A DNA stretch of 64,000 bases from a virus (Duplodnaviria > Caudoviricetes): IMG/VR virus record IMGVR_UViG_3300021400_003144. The stretch is one strand, 5' to 3'. Positions 50,829-61,165 of this stretch are shown in pieces. Each line of letters opens with the position of its first letter. The stretch's first letter is position 1. The notes beneath the pieces were generated by a model. The model saw only the letters and a list, made by a program, of their open reading frames with translations, did not search any database and was not told the origin of the DNA. A program made the position numbers and the translations under genes.

Positions 50829-51503
50829 ATGTCAATTTTATCACGTTTTTCATCAATTATGGCTTCAAACATTAATGCAGTTCTTGACAAGATGGAGGAT
50901 CCATCTAAGATGATTGACCAGAATCTTAGAGAGCTGAGAGAGAATCTTGCAGAAGTTAAGAAAGAGACAGCTGGTGTTATGGCTGATGAGAAGCAGGCGT
51001 CTAGAAAGCTTCAGGAGTGCAAGGATAACATTGCAACTTGTGAGAAGGCAGCTAAGAACGCATTGGTAGCTGGAAATGAGAATGATGCTCGTAAGATTAT
51101 TGAGAAGAAGGCTACATATGAAGCTAATCTTGACGGTTTACAGAAAACATATGATGCAGCTAAGGCTAATGCAGATAAGATGAGACAGATGCATGACAAG
51201 CTTGCTAATGATATTGCATCACTTGAAGCAAGAAAGGATTCTATCAAGGGCAAGATTGCAGTAGCTAAGGCTCAGGATAGAGTAAACAAGATGACATCTG
51301 GTGCAAGTAAGGCTAATGCATCTATTGAGTCTTTCAATAAGTGGGAGGCTAAGGCTGACAAGATGCTTGACCAGGCAAATGCTGAGGCTGAGCTTGAGGC
51401 TGGACTTCATGCAGATGATGATTTAGTTGGAAAGTATGCTACATCATCTAGTGCAGATACAGAGTCTGAGCTTGAGAGAATGAAGAAAGAGCTTGGTCTG
51501 TAA
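50829..51503 (+). CDS. pspA: PspA/IM30 family protein
   Basis: MSILSRFSSIMASNINAVLDKMEDPSKMIDQ; coiled coil; ELERMKKEL. Confidence 0.9.
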   Translation: MSILSRFSSIMASNINAVLDKMEDPSKMIDQNLRELRENLAEVKKETAGVMADEKQASRKLQECKDNIATCEKAAKNALVAGNENDARKIIEKKATYEANLDGLQKTYDAAKANADKMRQMHDKLANDIASLEARKDSIKGKIAVAKAQDRVNKMTSGASKANASIESFNKWEAKADKMLDQANAEAELEAGLHADDDLVGKYATSSSADTESELERMKKELGL

Positions 51504-51525
51504 AAAGGTTAAATAAGTTATATCA

Positions 51526-51560
51526 ATCCCTTGTAATATAAGTTACAAGGGATATTTTTA
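51526..51560 (+). terminator. rho-independent terminator
   Basis: ATCCCTTGTAA / TTACAAGGGAT plus T-tract. Confidence 0.75.
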
Positions 51561-51731
51561 TGCTTTGAGACTAGGGCAATGAGTGTAGCAACAAATAATA
51601 GAGATAGTGAAATGGAATTTAAAGTATTAGGAAAGATAAAGTAGCATAATAAAATTTAATGGAATAATTGAGTTTTATATATGAATCTTGATAATAGTAT
51701 ATGTTAAAAGATGATTTTTATGGAGGGCTAT

Positions 51732-52406
51732 ATGGGTAATGTAGTATATTCTATAAGGCACAAGGATTCACTAAATTATGAGCTGAGTGATTTCACGTGC
51801 TATGTAGAAAATTTGGATGAGTTTGAAAGATTATGGTTACGAGAGGAAAGAGATATAGAGGCAATAGCTGACTATTATAAATCTAAGCTTACTCTTAATA
51901 AAAAGAAAAGGTCAGATGATGAAATTCTTAAGAAGCATGATTATGAGATTGTATCATCTGAATTGTTCTATTATTATGATAAAACCCTTAATTTTGCTGA
52001 TGAGGGTGAGAATGATTTCTTAGTACATTTTGAGGGTCTTGAGATAGAAATAAGGGTTATCAGAGTTGATGATGCTTATAAGTTGGTCTATGATTATTGG
52101 GGAAAGGGAGTAAGTGTAATAAATACTCTTGATAAAGATAGGAAGCATAGTTATGAACCTTTAAAGTATCGTGGAAACAGTGTGATTTGGTGTAATATGC
52201 CTGAAATAGACTGGAGGTTTGCAGAGAAGAGCAAGAAGTATGATAAATATACAATGAAGAGAAAGTTCTTTGAGCACTCATCTGTAGGTAGTTTTGTATG
52301 GCTTGTGCTAAATGACAAGGTAAGTAAGGATTATAAGATTGCAAGTCCTGATGATGCAGCTCTTGTAAGTATGATGGCTGATGTAAAGGGTGCACCTGTT
52401 CAGTAG
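51732..52406 (+). CDS. hypothetical protein
   Basis: GGAGG RBS before ATG 51732. Confidence 0.75.
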   Translation: MGNVVYSIRHKDSLNYELSDFTCYVENLDEFERLWLREERDIEAIADYYKSKLTLNKKKRSDDEILKKHDYEIVSSELFYYYDKTLNFADEGENDFLVHFEGLEIEIRVIRVDDAYKLVYDYWGKGVSVINTLDKDRKHSYEPLKYRGNSVIWCNMPEIDWRFAEKSKKYDKYTMKRKFFEHSSVGSFVWLVLNDKVSKDYKIASPDDAALVSMMADVKGAPVQ

Positions 52407-52446
52407 TTTAGAAAGATAGGCAGGGTGCTATGATTAGTTTGATTGA

Positions 52447-52872
52447 AGTAAACAAAAAAATGATTCAGAAGATAATAAGCCAGCATATGATGGAGACTGG
52501 TTTAATCTTGAGGGTAAGAACATAAACTCTAAGGAATCTAAATCAGGCGGAGCTAAATTTAAGATTTGGCAAACAAACTTGTACATTAGGGATGAGAAAC
52601 GAACATTGCCAATACATGGTAGGTCAGGATATTACAGAACTTACTTGTTTGACCACAACGGTGAACTTGTGTATGGCTGGTATAAGGATAAGAAAACACA
52701 TAAATGGCACTATTTTAATGAAGATGGTGCAGAAGTTTATGGCTGGCAATTCATTAATAACAAATGGTACTTCTTCAATGATGATATGACAAGCATTGAT
52801 AGAGGTGAAATGCTCAGTAACTGTAACTATAAAGGCTATAAGTTAGGAGAAGATGGTGCATTAATTGGGTAA
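52447..52872 (+). pseudogene. orphan C-terminal cell-wall-binding fragment homologous to the end of 45963-48710
   Basis: YDGDW...KRTLPIHGRSG...GAEVYGW...KWYFFN...RGEM...GYKLGEDGALI; no proper start. Confidence 0.65.
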
Positions 52873-52880
52873 TTGGTTTA

Positions 52881-52916
52881 ATAAAAGTGCTTAGAAATAA
52901 GCACTTTTATTTTTTT
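52881..52916 (+). terminator. rho-independent terminator
   Basis: ATAAAAGTGCTTA-GAAA-TAAGCACTTTTAT plus T-tract. Confidence 0.8.
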
Positions 52917-53101
52917 GAACTATAAGATTTTTACAAAATCAGTTAAATCAGCAGATATAAAGGCGGATGTGCAGAATTGTGTTTAATGATGAAATTAAAA
53001 GTTTGTGCGGAATGGCAAAGGAGTTTATTAAATAAGCCAGTTCCATTTGTAAGTATCAAGCCTATTTTTATAGATAGACCTGAGTGTATAAGGAGGAATC
53101 T

Positions 53102-53672
53102 ATGAGACATTACAATGCTGAAAACAATCCAAGCTATAGAACTTCTAAGGAAGAACAGAAGTACATAGTTGAAAATATGGAGTACCTGTATACAAATGAT
53201 TTGGGCACAAGTAAATATATTGGGTGCAATATTGATGTTTGCATTTACTGATGTACTTGTGTTATTTGGAATGAATGCACCAAGTAGCTTAGCTGGAGCA
53301 GGTAGAACTATTCTGACTATTCTACTTATACTGTATGTACCATTAATACTCTTATTTCTATTTATTATGAGCAATGCATCAAAGATATATACACCAATAG
53401 ATAATATGCAAAACCCTAAAAAAGAGAGAAAGTACAGATGGTTTTATGGAATTATCTTTAATGATGAAAAGGAAGAGTTTAATAAGTGGATGAAGTCCTA
53501 TTTAAACACTTGTGAGGTATCATTAAATGAACATGATTATATCTATTTTGATAGACCTAATTACAGTGTAAAAGATAGAAGTACAGAGTTAAATAATACT
53601 AAAACAGATAATACAGATTTAAAAACTTATAATAAAGATAATGAAACGGATTTTAGAGTATGGACAGAGTAA
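53102..53672 (+). pseudogene. membrane protein, probably frameshifted (RBS-led ORF 53102-53251 plus ORF 53169-53672)
   Basis: Strong AAGGAGG RBS precedes ATG 53102, but the TM-containing frame is +1 and starts only at a TTG with no RBS. Confidence 0.45.
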
Positions 53673-54172
53673 TTTTAATAGCTAACATAATAAGCGGAAT
53701 AGGAACCTTAGGAATGTTAATTTCTACATTTCTAAAAAATAAAGATTCAATGTTAAAGTTAAGTATACTAGATTTTGCATGCAACATGATAGCTAATTTA
53801 ATGCTATTAGGATATTCAGCAGTAGTTATAAATTCACTTGGTGGTGTTAGAGAGGTACTTACACTAAAGGGAAAAATCAATAATAAATTGCTTGTAATGT
53901 TTGTAGGAATTACAACTATACTTAGTATTGCTGTAAATAACAATGGTATAGTGGGATTAATAGCATGTCTAGCTGAGATAGAATATAATATAGGAGCATC
54001 AAAAGTAAAAACTGGAACAGGGTATCAAATAGTATTATCAATAAATTTATTGATGTGGGTAGTTTATTGTGCTTGTATGCACTTGTATAGTACAGGTATA
54101 CTATATTGTATAATTATAATATCTTCTATTGTTAATATAATAAGGCATAAATGTGATGTAGAAGCTAATTAA
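53660..54172 (+). CDS. YgjV-like inner membrane protein
   Basis: About 6-7 TM helices; LLGYSAVVINSLGGVRE; LMWVVY. Confidence 0.7.
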   Translation: MDRVILIANIISGIGTLGMLISTFLKNKDSMLKLSILDFACNMIANLMLLGYSAVVINSLGGVREVLTLKGKINNKLLVMFVGITTILSIAVNNNGIVGLIACLAEIEYNIGASKVKTGTGYQIVLSINLLMWVVYCACMHLYSTGILYCIIIISSIVNIIRHKCDVEAN

Positions 54173-54286
54173 CAAGCTGATAAATTGTAGTGTTATTCTT
54201 ATGAGTAGTAATAGGTAAGTTAAGAATATTTTTAATGCATGACATTGTAGGTGAGAATTTAATTACATTCTAAAGGAGAATAAAAA

Positions 54287-55114
54287 ATGAGTAAACTTAG
54301 TAGTATAGAAAAAGAGCAGGTATTAACATCACAGAATCATATAGAAGATGGTGATGTTATAGTTTGGTTTAAGGATGCTAATATAACTGCTAAATGGGAT
54401 GCATCTTTTGGAGGATTTACAACAGAGTTAAATATTTATAATTCACCAAAGTTTTGTGATAAACCTCATTATGCTATGAGAGTTCTTTCTACCTATGCAA
54501 TTTATGGAAATACATGGTATGTAGATAGAAGGTCTCTTGTTGGTGATAATTATGACTTGTGGCTCTATAAGGGAGTACCTTTGAGTGAGTGGGTTGAGCA
54601 TTATCCAACATATTTAAGAGACAATAAGTTTAATATAAATGATGAAGTTAGCAGTTTACAGTTACAAATTGGTGACGAAACTTTAGAGAAACTAATTAAG
54701 TATAATTGGTTACAGTTTGTAAATGGTAAAATACATATTGGAAATGAGCATAGATACATAAACTTTGTACATGATTGTAACATCAGAGTCAGGTGGAATA
54801 CAGATGGCACATTTAGTGTAATGTATATGAAGCTTCTGAGTGACCCAGTTGGAGTCAAGGGATTAGAGAATGTATCACTTGAAGAGATAACTTCAAAGGT
54901 AGCTGAATATAGAAAGTGCAGTATAGATAATATAAATGACTATTGGTATTTTGAAGGATACCCATTAAGTAAGTGGATGGAGATGAATAAGAATTTCTTA
55001 AGTGCAGTAACTGATAAAAGGGGTTCAGTTTATAGAACTTCAGGTGGAAGTACAGTTGTTGAAGATACTAAGGTATTTGATAGAGTAACAAAGGGTTTAG
55101 GACTATGTGGCTGA
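54287..55114 (+). CDS. hypothetical protein with an internal domain duplication
   Basis: DANITAKW...WLYKGVPLSEW and DCNIRVRW...WYFEGYPLSKW. Confidence 0.8.
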   Translation: MSKLSSIEKEQVLTSQNHIEDGDVIVWFKDANITAKWDASFGGFTTELNIYNSPKFCDKPHYAMRVLSTYAIYGNTWYVDRRSLVGDNYDLWLYKGVPLSEWVEHYPTYLRDNKFNINDEVSSLQLQIGDETLEKLIKYNWLQFVNGKIHIGNEHRYINFVHDCNIRVRWNTDGTFSVMYMKLLSDPVGVKGLENVSLEEITSKVAEYRKCSIDNINDYWYFEGYPLSKWMEMNKNFLSAVTDKRGSVYRTSGGSTVVEDTKVFDRVTKGLGLCG

Positions 55115-55821
55115 TTGATAAATTCTTTAATAGGTCAAATACTAAGCTTAAGGTAATTGATTGTGATAACAATAGTAAAGAATTAAATAATAAAGGATTA
55201 ATTGGAGATAATAAAAATTCAAGTAAAGTGCTTATAAATAAAGTAAATAAGCACAAGAAGAATTTTGAAGAAGCAGCTGATGAAAATAAGGGTAACCAGT
55301 TGGTTGTAAATAATGGTGAGAAAAAACCAGAAAATTTAGAAGTAGTAAATAGCAGTAGTAGTGAATATAAGTTAAGAAGAGAAGAGTTTAATACTACTGA
55401 TAGAGAAAAAGCTTTACTGGCATGCAGAGGTGTAGAATATTTATTCAGGGGATATAAACCAGATAGTCATAGAGACTGGTTTATATCCATAAAAGATGGA
55501 TATACACAGCTGAGTCAGATATTGGTGTTAGCATATTGTATATGTAAGACAGATGTAACATACTATAATAATGTTGTAAATCAATGTATAGATGATTTGT
55601 ACTTATATTATAGTTCTGTTGACAATGAGAAATTAGAAGAGAATTTACAGTATGTTAGAAAAGGCATAAATGAATGGAATGAAAGCAACAAAGCTTACTA
55701 TAGGGAATTTGACATGATAGCTAATGTACTGTTTGAAGATTGTGTTGAACCTAAGCTAACAGACCCTATGGCAGAGAAGTTATTTAATATGGCAGAAAGA
55801 GACTACTTAAAAGTAGTATGA
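55105..55821 (+). CDS. hypothetical protein
   Basis: Overlapping ORF. Confidence 0.7.
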   Translation: MWLIDKFFNRSNTKLKVIDCDNNSKELNNKGLIGDNKNSSKVLINKVNKHKKNFEEAADENKGNQLVVNNGEKKPENLEVVNSSSSEYKLRREEFNTTDREKALLACRGVEYLFRGYKPDSHRDWFISIKDGYTQLSQILVLAYCICKTDVTYYNNVVNQCIDDLYLYYSSVDNEKLEENLQYVRKGINEWNESNKAYYREFDMIANVLFEDCVEPKLTDPMAEKLFNMAERDYLKVV

Positions 55822-55864
55822 ATGAAGTCTGACCATTAAACTAAACATATAGCATTCAGATAGT

Positions 55865-55908
55865 AATAGGTAAGTTATTGGTAAGACAATAGCTTACCTA
55901 TTTATTTT
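55865..55908 (+). terminator. rho-independent terminator
   Basis: AATAGGTAAGTTATTG / CAATAGCTTACCTATT plus T-rich tail. Confidence 0.7.
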
Positions 55909-55929
55909 GTAAACAAAGGAGATAAATAA

Positions 55930-56484
55930 ATGACAGATTACATTAATACTATGGATTCACTTAAGGAAGTAAGTTATAGCATTAACTATGGATTGGCACT
56001 TTTAGTATTCTTTAGTACACTTTTTGTAGAAGGGCTAATAATTTATAAACACATAGCTGATAAAAGTGAAGCACGTAAGCAGAATTGGATACTCTGTATA
56101 TCAACAATTATAGAGATAATGGCTATGGCATATATTATAATAGGAACTCTGTGTTGGTTAAATGGTAGTTTATCTTATGATAATAATTATCAGAATGGAC
56201 TTTATAATCACTACAGTGAATACAAAGACAATATAAAGAGTGTAAGTGTACCTGGAAATAAGAGTTATAAGTTTAATTTGGTTGTTAATGTAGACAATAC
56301 TGATTATACAATAACATTAGACAAGTATGCTAATAATTATGAAGAGGTAGATACACCAGATTTAGAAGAGTCCTATTATGAGTTATTCAGAGACATTAAG
56401 AATAAAAAAGTTAGAATTAGAAAATATGTAGGTTCCTTAGAACGCAGTGAAATGACTTCAAATACATTCAAGGAGGCTAAGTAA
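55930..56484 (+). CDS. membrane protein with 2 TM helices
   Basis: AAGGAG RBS; hydrophobic segments. Confidence 0.75.
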   Translation: MTDYINTMDSLKEVSYSINYGLALLVFFSTLFVEGLIIYKHIADKSEARKQNWILCISTIIEIMAMAYIIIGTLCWLNGSLSYDNNYQNGLYNHYSEYKDNIKSVSVPGNKSYKFNLVVNVDNTDYTITLDKYANNYEEVDTPDLEESYYELFRDIKNKKVRIRKYVGSLERSEMTSNTFKEAK

Positions 56485-56677
56485 TCATAATAGCATGTAT
56501 ATTAGTATGAAGGTAAATACTTAGTGAATAAAATGAATGCATTGATGTATTGAACATAGGACTTTTGGTAGGTTATTAAACAGAATCTTTTGATAGAAGG
56601 AGTATAGTTAATTGTAGATTATATTCGTTCTGTAAAATGTAATTATGGTGTATAAAATTGATAGGAGATAAAGGTTT

Positions 56678-57148
56678 ATGACCAGGGTTATTATTTTCAA
56701 AAGAAAGAGTATCAATAATGAAGTCAGATTTGACTTACTTGAAATTCCTAGAGCAGCAGTACGTGCAAACATTAGTTTAAAGGCATTAAAGGGAGCTATA
56801 GAAGCTGGAACTATAGAGCCTTTAAATATGAAGTTGACTTCAGATAAAAAATTAATAAACAAGAGTAAGAATGATTTACAACCTACAATAGACTGTATAT
56901 TGAGTGAATATAACTTAGAGATGTTGATTGATAACATTTGTAAAGTAAGGTGTTTAAATAGAAGGAATAGTGATGATATAATAACAATTAAGGAGCATAT
57001 GAGAGCTATAATATGGCTATTAGCATTAATGTTCAATCAAATAGATAACATGCTAAAGATGAATAGAGATCATCTGCTGGAGTTAGGGTATACAATATTA
57101 AATAATACTGGTGAGTTTGAGAAATACGATTATAAGGGATATAGGTGA
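56678..57148 (+). CDS. hypothetical protein (N-LxxTSD-x-RLI family), paralogue of 57588
   Basis: LNMKLTSDKKLI; MRAIIWLLAL; GEFEKYDY. Confidence 0.75.
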   Translation: MTRVIIFKRKSINNEVRFDLLEIPRAAVRANISLKALKGAIEAGTIEPLNMKLTSDKKLINKSKNDLQPTIDCILSEYNLEMLIDNICKVRCLNRRNSDDIITIKEHMRAIIWLLALMFNQIDNMLKMNRDHLLELGYTILNNTGEFEKYDYKGYR

Positions 57149-57154
57149 TGTATA

Positions 57155-57532
57155 ATGAATGTTGCAAAAAGAACAAATGTAAGAGAAAAAGTAAATGAGG
57201 ATAGCTTAACATCAGCTCAAATAGCCAGAAGAATTGTTGAGGTTAGGCAGGCACAAGTTGCAGGTAACCCAAATGTTGGAGAGTATCATGCTACGGTATA
57301 TGATGATGGCATTTGGAGAGTAGACTTAGAGATATTTGCAGTATCTGGTGTGACAAGGTTCTGGGTATCAAGAGAAGATACATATAGGAATTACAACAAT
57401 TCATTATTTACTATGTATAGAGCTGCTAATGGAGAGCTAAAATATTCTGCTAATTTTAAAATAGCAAAGAAGATTGTAGACAGGTTATTAAAGGTATATA
57501 CTATATTGGAAAAAGTTGGTGTACAGATATAA
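57155..57532 (+). CDS. hypothetical protein
   Basis: AGGTG RBS. Confidence 0.75.
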   Translation: MNVAKRTNVREKVNEDSLTSAQIARRIVEVRQAQVAGNPNVGEYHATVYDDGIWRVDLEIFAVSGVTRFWVSREDTYRNYNNSLFTMYRAANGELKYSANFKIAKKIVDRLLKVYTILEKVGVQI

Positions 57533-57587
57533 GATTTGGAATAAGTTTAAAGACAATAAAAGAGTTTAGTGAGGAACATAAGAGTTT

Positions 57588-58079
57588 ATGTGTACAGATA
57601 ACTATATAATACTTAAAAGATATGAAACACCATTACATGAGAAATATGCAAAGATGCTATCATTATCTAATGGAAATGTCACTAAAGTAAAGTGGGATGC
57701 TATTAGACAGACATTTATGAATAGAGGCACAGCAAATTGTGTTGTAAAAATCCTAAATTTTAAGAAAACAGCTGATAATAGAGTAATAGAGCTTTCAAAG
57801 AAAGAAATACAGAGTAAGATAGATATAGTACTTGACAGATTTCCATTAGATAAAGTTGAGGACATAATATGTAAGAGGTATAAAATCAATACAGATAATA
57901 GGGCTGGTCTTTATAAATTCAGAGTGAATATGAGAGTGTTTATATGGGTATTGGCTTTATTAAAAGAAGATTGGCATGGTGAGAATCCTGACTTAGACAA
58001 GTTAGTTAATATGATTGAGACTGTAAGAGAAAACAGTGATGGGTCTTATGAAAAATATACATATGCTAAATATGACTAA
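57588..58079 (+). CDS. hypothetical protein, paralogue of 56678
   Basis: LNFKKTADNRVI; MRVFIWVLAL; GSYEKYTY. Confidence 0.75.
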   Translation: MCTDNYIILKRYETPLHEKYAKMLSLSNGNVTKVKWDAIRQTFMNRGTANCVVKILNFKKTADNRVIELSKKEIQSKIDIVLDRFPLDKVEDIICKRYKINTDNRAGLYKFRVNMRVFIWVLALLKEDWHGENPDLDKLVNMIETVRENSDGSYEKYTYAKYD

Positions 58080-58090
58080 GGAGTGCTATA

Positions 58091-59035
58091 ATGGTTAAAG
58101 TTACAGCGATATGTAAGTATACAAAGAACAGGGTAATAAGCTATAAGCTTGTAGACTCTGATGGAAAGTCTGTAATTAAGACAAGTAAAGAAATAAAAGA
58201 GGCTATAAACTCAAAGAGATTGGATGTTGCAAATTTAAAGGTAACGTCTGATAATAGATTGATAATCAGTGTACCTAAGGGTAATAGATCAGAAAACAAA
58301 GATAGGGCTATAAAGTTGGATTCTAATAGTCTGTATGGAAAGATGATTAACACCTGGAAAGAATATAGTGACTTTAAAATGATTGAGTGTAATCTTAAGC
58401 ATACAGAATTTAGTTTTAATGACTATCTGTTAGAGATAGAGAATGTAAGTAAAGATAGTGGTTTAAATATAAATATAGGCTATGGGTATTATGCACACAA
58501 TACCTTATGTATGGTAAGGAATGATAGGGAAATTGAGCCTGCTAATGCATTAATACTTGATATAGTAGAGCTGCTAACTGGTAAGAAAAAGTATGACATA
58601 TCTAATGCAGCTAGAGTTGCATATTATAAGAGCTTGGCTAGAGCAGATTTTGAGCCTTATGAAGATAGTGAGGGCAGATTAACTAATCAGATTATTGATA
58701 GCATGGACACTGAGTTAATTAAATTGCTGGATAGTGGTGGTATTGAACTTCCTGACTATATGATGTTGATACAGAAGAGGATAGATGAGTTTTTAGTCAA
58801 GCATACATATAATTACTATAGTCAATATGTAGTAAATGAGATAAGCTCTAGAAGAAAGAAGAATATCACAGATAGAAAATTAATACATGATTTAACAGAC
58901 AATTATCTGTGGCTTATAGCTTCATTTGGTTTTGGAGAAAAAAGTCTAAACAATAACTTCATGAGAAGTACGTTAATAAATTTACAAGAATACAATAGTA
59001 GAAATATAAGTTACTATAGAATTAAAAGGAGATAA
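58091..59035 (+). CDS. hypothetical protein with the same N-terminal domain
   Basis: YKLVDSDG...EIKEAI...VANLKVTSDNRLI. Confidence 0.8.
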   Translation: MVKVTAICKYTKNRVISYKLVDSDGKSVIKTSKEIKEAINSKRLDVANLKVTSDNRLIISVPKGNRSENKDRAIKLDSNSLYGKMINTWKEYSDFKMIECNLKHTEFSFNDYLLEIENVSKDSGLNINIGYGYYAHNTLCMVRNDREIEPANALILDIVELLTGKKKYDISNAARVAYYKSLARADFEPYEDSEGRLTNQIIDSMDTELIKLLDSGGIELPDYMMLIQKRIDEFLVKHTYNYYSQYVVNEISSRRKKNITDRKLIHDLTDNYLWLIASFGFGEKSLNNNFMRSTLINLQEYNSRNISYYRIKRR

Positions 59036-59037
59036 AT

Positions 59038-60255
59038 ATGGCTTTTATAGATTATGAAGATATGGCAAAGAGAAATGCAGAATCACTTAGAGTATCAAGG
59101 GCTGATGAAGTATTTACTGTAACTGCTATTGATACTAAGAATCATATAGTTCAGTTAAATGGTAGCATTAATGTTGATGTAGTGTATACACTGTTAAGGG
59201 CAATAGCAAGAAAAGACTGTGCAGTCAAAAACTTTGATGTATTAAAGAAAGAAATTGATGTAATAGGGAATGAAGGTAATAAGTTTATAGTTGATACAGC
59301 TGTAAAGAATTTATTAAGAATGTCTAACTACATAATTGATAAATTTAATCTTGAGCAGAATATCAAAGAGGTTGAGAGCAAGGGCACTGATTGGGTCATT
59401 GATACTAATTATGGTATATACTTTCAGGGTTTAGGTACATCTATATATAAAAATGAATGTCCTGGTTTCAAGGGGTTATTAAACAATGCAGAAATCAAGG
59501 ATAGACTAGATAGGGTTAAAAAAGTAAATCTTATATGTCTGACAGCATTTGATGGTACATTATGGTTAAGTTGTGACATTGAGTCAAATTATTATACTAT
59601 TAACTTTGATAATTGGGATACTGCTAATAATAAGGATTTAATGGACTTTAATGAAAAAACAGGACTGAGGTTTTTCAAAGAGAAATATGTATCCACATAT
59701 GCTAATGTATGCGGATACATAAGAGAAAAAGCTGAACTTCATGCATATAGAGTTAAACTTGGCAGTGAAGATAAATTTATGACTGATATTATTAAAACGG
59801 CTGTAGAAAATATGATTAGAATTGCAAATTTTGTACACTCTAATTCTAACCTCGATGCAGCATATGCTAAGTATGAAGGTGAAAAACATATAGATTCATA
59901 TATTATGTTTTGTCCTGAACATAGCTCAAATCATATAGCACTTGCAACTAAAGAAGATTTTCCTAAGTTCAGAGAATGTATTAATATGCCAGAACTTAAT
60001 GAGAGAATAAATGAAGTTAGGTCTATTACATACAGTCTATTAAAAATAGGAGGTTTAGATTTATACATCACATATGATGTAGAAAATGATAGATATAAGG
60101 TAGGAAGCATTGTAGCTGAAGAGAAGCTTGGAAGTTTCAAAGAAGAATCAGGATTAAAGTGGTACATTTGGGAGAACATTGAGGGTAACTATCACACAGT
60201 ATGCGAGAAGCTTAGACTATGTGCTTCTAACTATCAGAAGCCTAAGTCAAAATAA
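59038..60255 (+). CDS. hypothetical protein with a tandem duplication of about 160 aa
   Basis: KFIVDTAVKNLLRMSN...FNEKTGLRF vs KFMTDIIKTAVENMIRIAN...FKEESGLKW. Confidence 0.8.
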   Translation: MAFIDYEDMAKRNAESLRVSRADEVFTVTAIDTKNHIVQLNGSINVDVVYTLLRAIARKDCAVKNFDVLKKEIDVIGNEGNKFIVDTAVKNLLRMSNYIIDKFNLEQNIKEVESKGTDWVIDTNYGIYFQGLGTSIYKNECPGFKGLLNNAEIKDRLDRVKKVNLICLTAFDGTLWLSCDIESNYYTINFDNWDTANNKDLMDFNEKTGLRFFKEKYVSTYANVCGYIREKAELHAYRVKLGSEDKFMTDIIKTAVENMIRIANFVHSNSNLDAAYAKYEGEKHIDSYIMFCPEHSSNHIALATKEDFPKFRECINMPELNERINEVRSITYSLLKIGGLDLYITYDVENDRYKVGSIVAEEKLGSFKEESGLKWYIWENIEGNYHTVCEKLRLCASNYQKPKSK

Positions 60256-60269
60256 TAAATTAAGTATAG

Positions 60270-60362
60270 AGGCACCTAGAATTTATTTAAGTTCTAGGTG
60301 TTTTTATTTTGTGTAAAAATAAAATATTTAGTATTGAAATTTAAGTAAATATGTGTTATAAT
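60270..60362 (+). promoter_or_regulatory. terminator plus extended -10 sigmaA promoter module heading the array-containing unit
   Basis: GGCACCTAGAA/TTCTAGGTGTT plus T-tract; AGTA-TTGAAA(60334)-17-TATAAT(60357) with TG. Confidence 0.8.
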
Positions 60363-60396
60363 AATGGTAAAATATAGGAATAGTGAGGAAGTTTAA

Positions 60397-60705
60397 ATGA
60401 GCATAAAAGAAAAGATATACAATCTAGGGGAATTAAGTGAGGATGGAAAAGTTATTAGTATTCCTGTGAGTAGACTAGATGAGATTAATAAGAGGCAGAC
60501 AGAGCGTGAGATAGGCATGTGGGTATATAACAAGGATACTGATAGAACAGAGTGTAACTGTTGTCATGGTAGAGTAGGAAAGTTTACATCACAAGATATG
60601 GATGGTGTAACCACTAAAATTCTAAAAACTATGTATTGTCCTCATTGTGGAGCATTAATGTTAAATGGTGTAGGCAAAGAGATTTATGAGGAAAGTGGAT
60701 GGTAA
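60397..60705 (+). CDS. zinc-ribbon protein
   Basis: GMW...ECNCCHG...YCPHCGALM. Confidence 0.75.
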   Translation: MSIKEKIYNLGELSEDGKVISIPVSRLDEINKRQTEREIGMWVYNKDTDRTECNCCHGRVGKFTSQDMDGVTTKILKTMYCPHCGALMLNGVGKEIYEESGW

Positions 60706-60812
60706 GATGTGAACAGTTAAGAAATTAAAGAGCAATGTGAGAGAGGCTTGCTAGAGACAGTATACCTAGCATTAATATAAAAATAAGTTGTAAAAAATAA
60801 GAATTAGAACAG

Positions 60813-61091
60813 ATGAATATGAAATTTGAGCATAAGAAAACTGATGAAAGGCATATTGAAGAATTTGATGAGTCAGTGATGGAAAATTGGGATAGGCATT
60901 TAGAGAAAAATAAGGGTGAAGAAAAACCTGAAGATTTGGAAGATAAATGTAGCAATAAAGATGAAAATAGGCATGGAAAAGCTAGGATACTGATAAGAGG
61001 AGATGGTGGAATGTCTCATAGAGCTTTGATTGAAGCTATAGTAAATAAAGAGATACAAGTAGTTATTTCAGATGATGTAAATAACAGGTAA
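60813..61091 (+). CDS. hydrophilic hypothetical protein
   Basis: 92-aa ORF with weak RBS. Confidence 0.5.
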   Translation: MNMKFEHKKTDERHIEEFDESVMENWDRHLEKNKGEEKPEDLEDKCSNKDENRHGKARILIRGDGGMSHRALIEAIVNKEIQVVISDDVNNR

Positions 61092-61165
61092 GCTGAGAAG
61101 AGAAAGATGGACAGAACTATAGTTTAAGTGTATTAAAGAGTTTAATTTATTGAGTTCATGTAATA

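Noticed and set aside
27615-52789. Alternative-frame + strand ORFs 27615-27818, 34605-34826, 48229-48666 and 52592-52789
   Set aside because: Fully nested in better-supported reading frames; no independent evidence.
59038-60255. Cas6- or HEPN-type effector for the array
   Set aside because: No Gly-rich Cas6 loop; the Rx5H strings (REKAELH, RIANFVH) are not conserved between the two internal repeats and are expected by chance.
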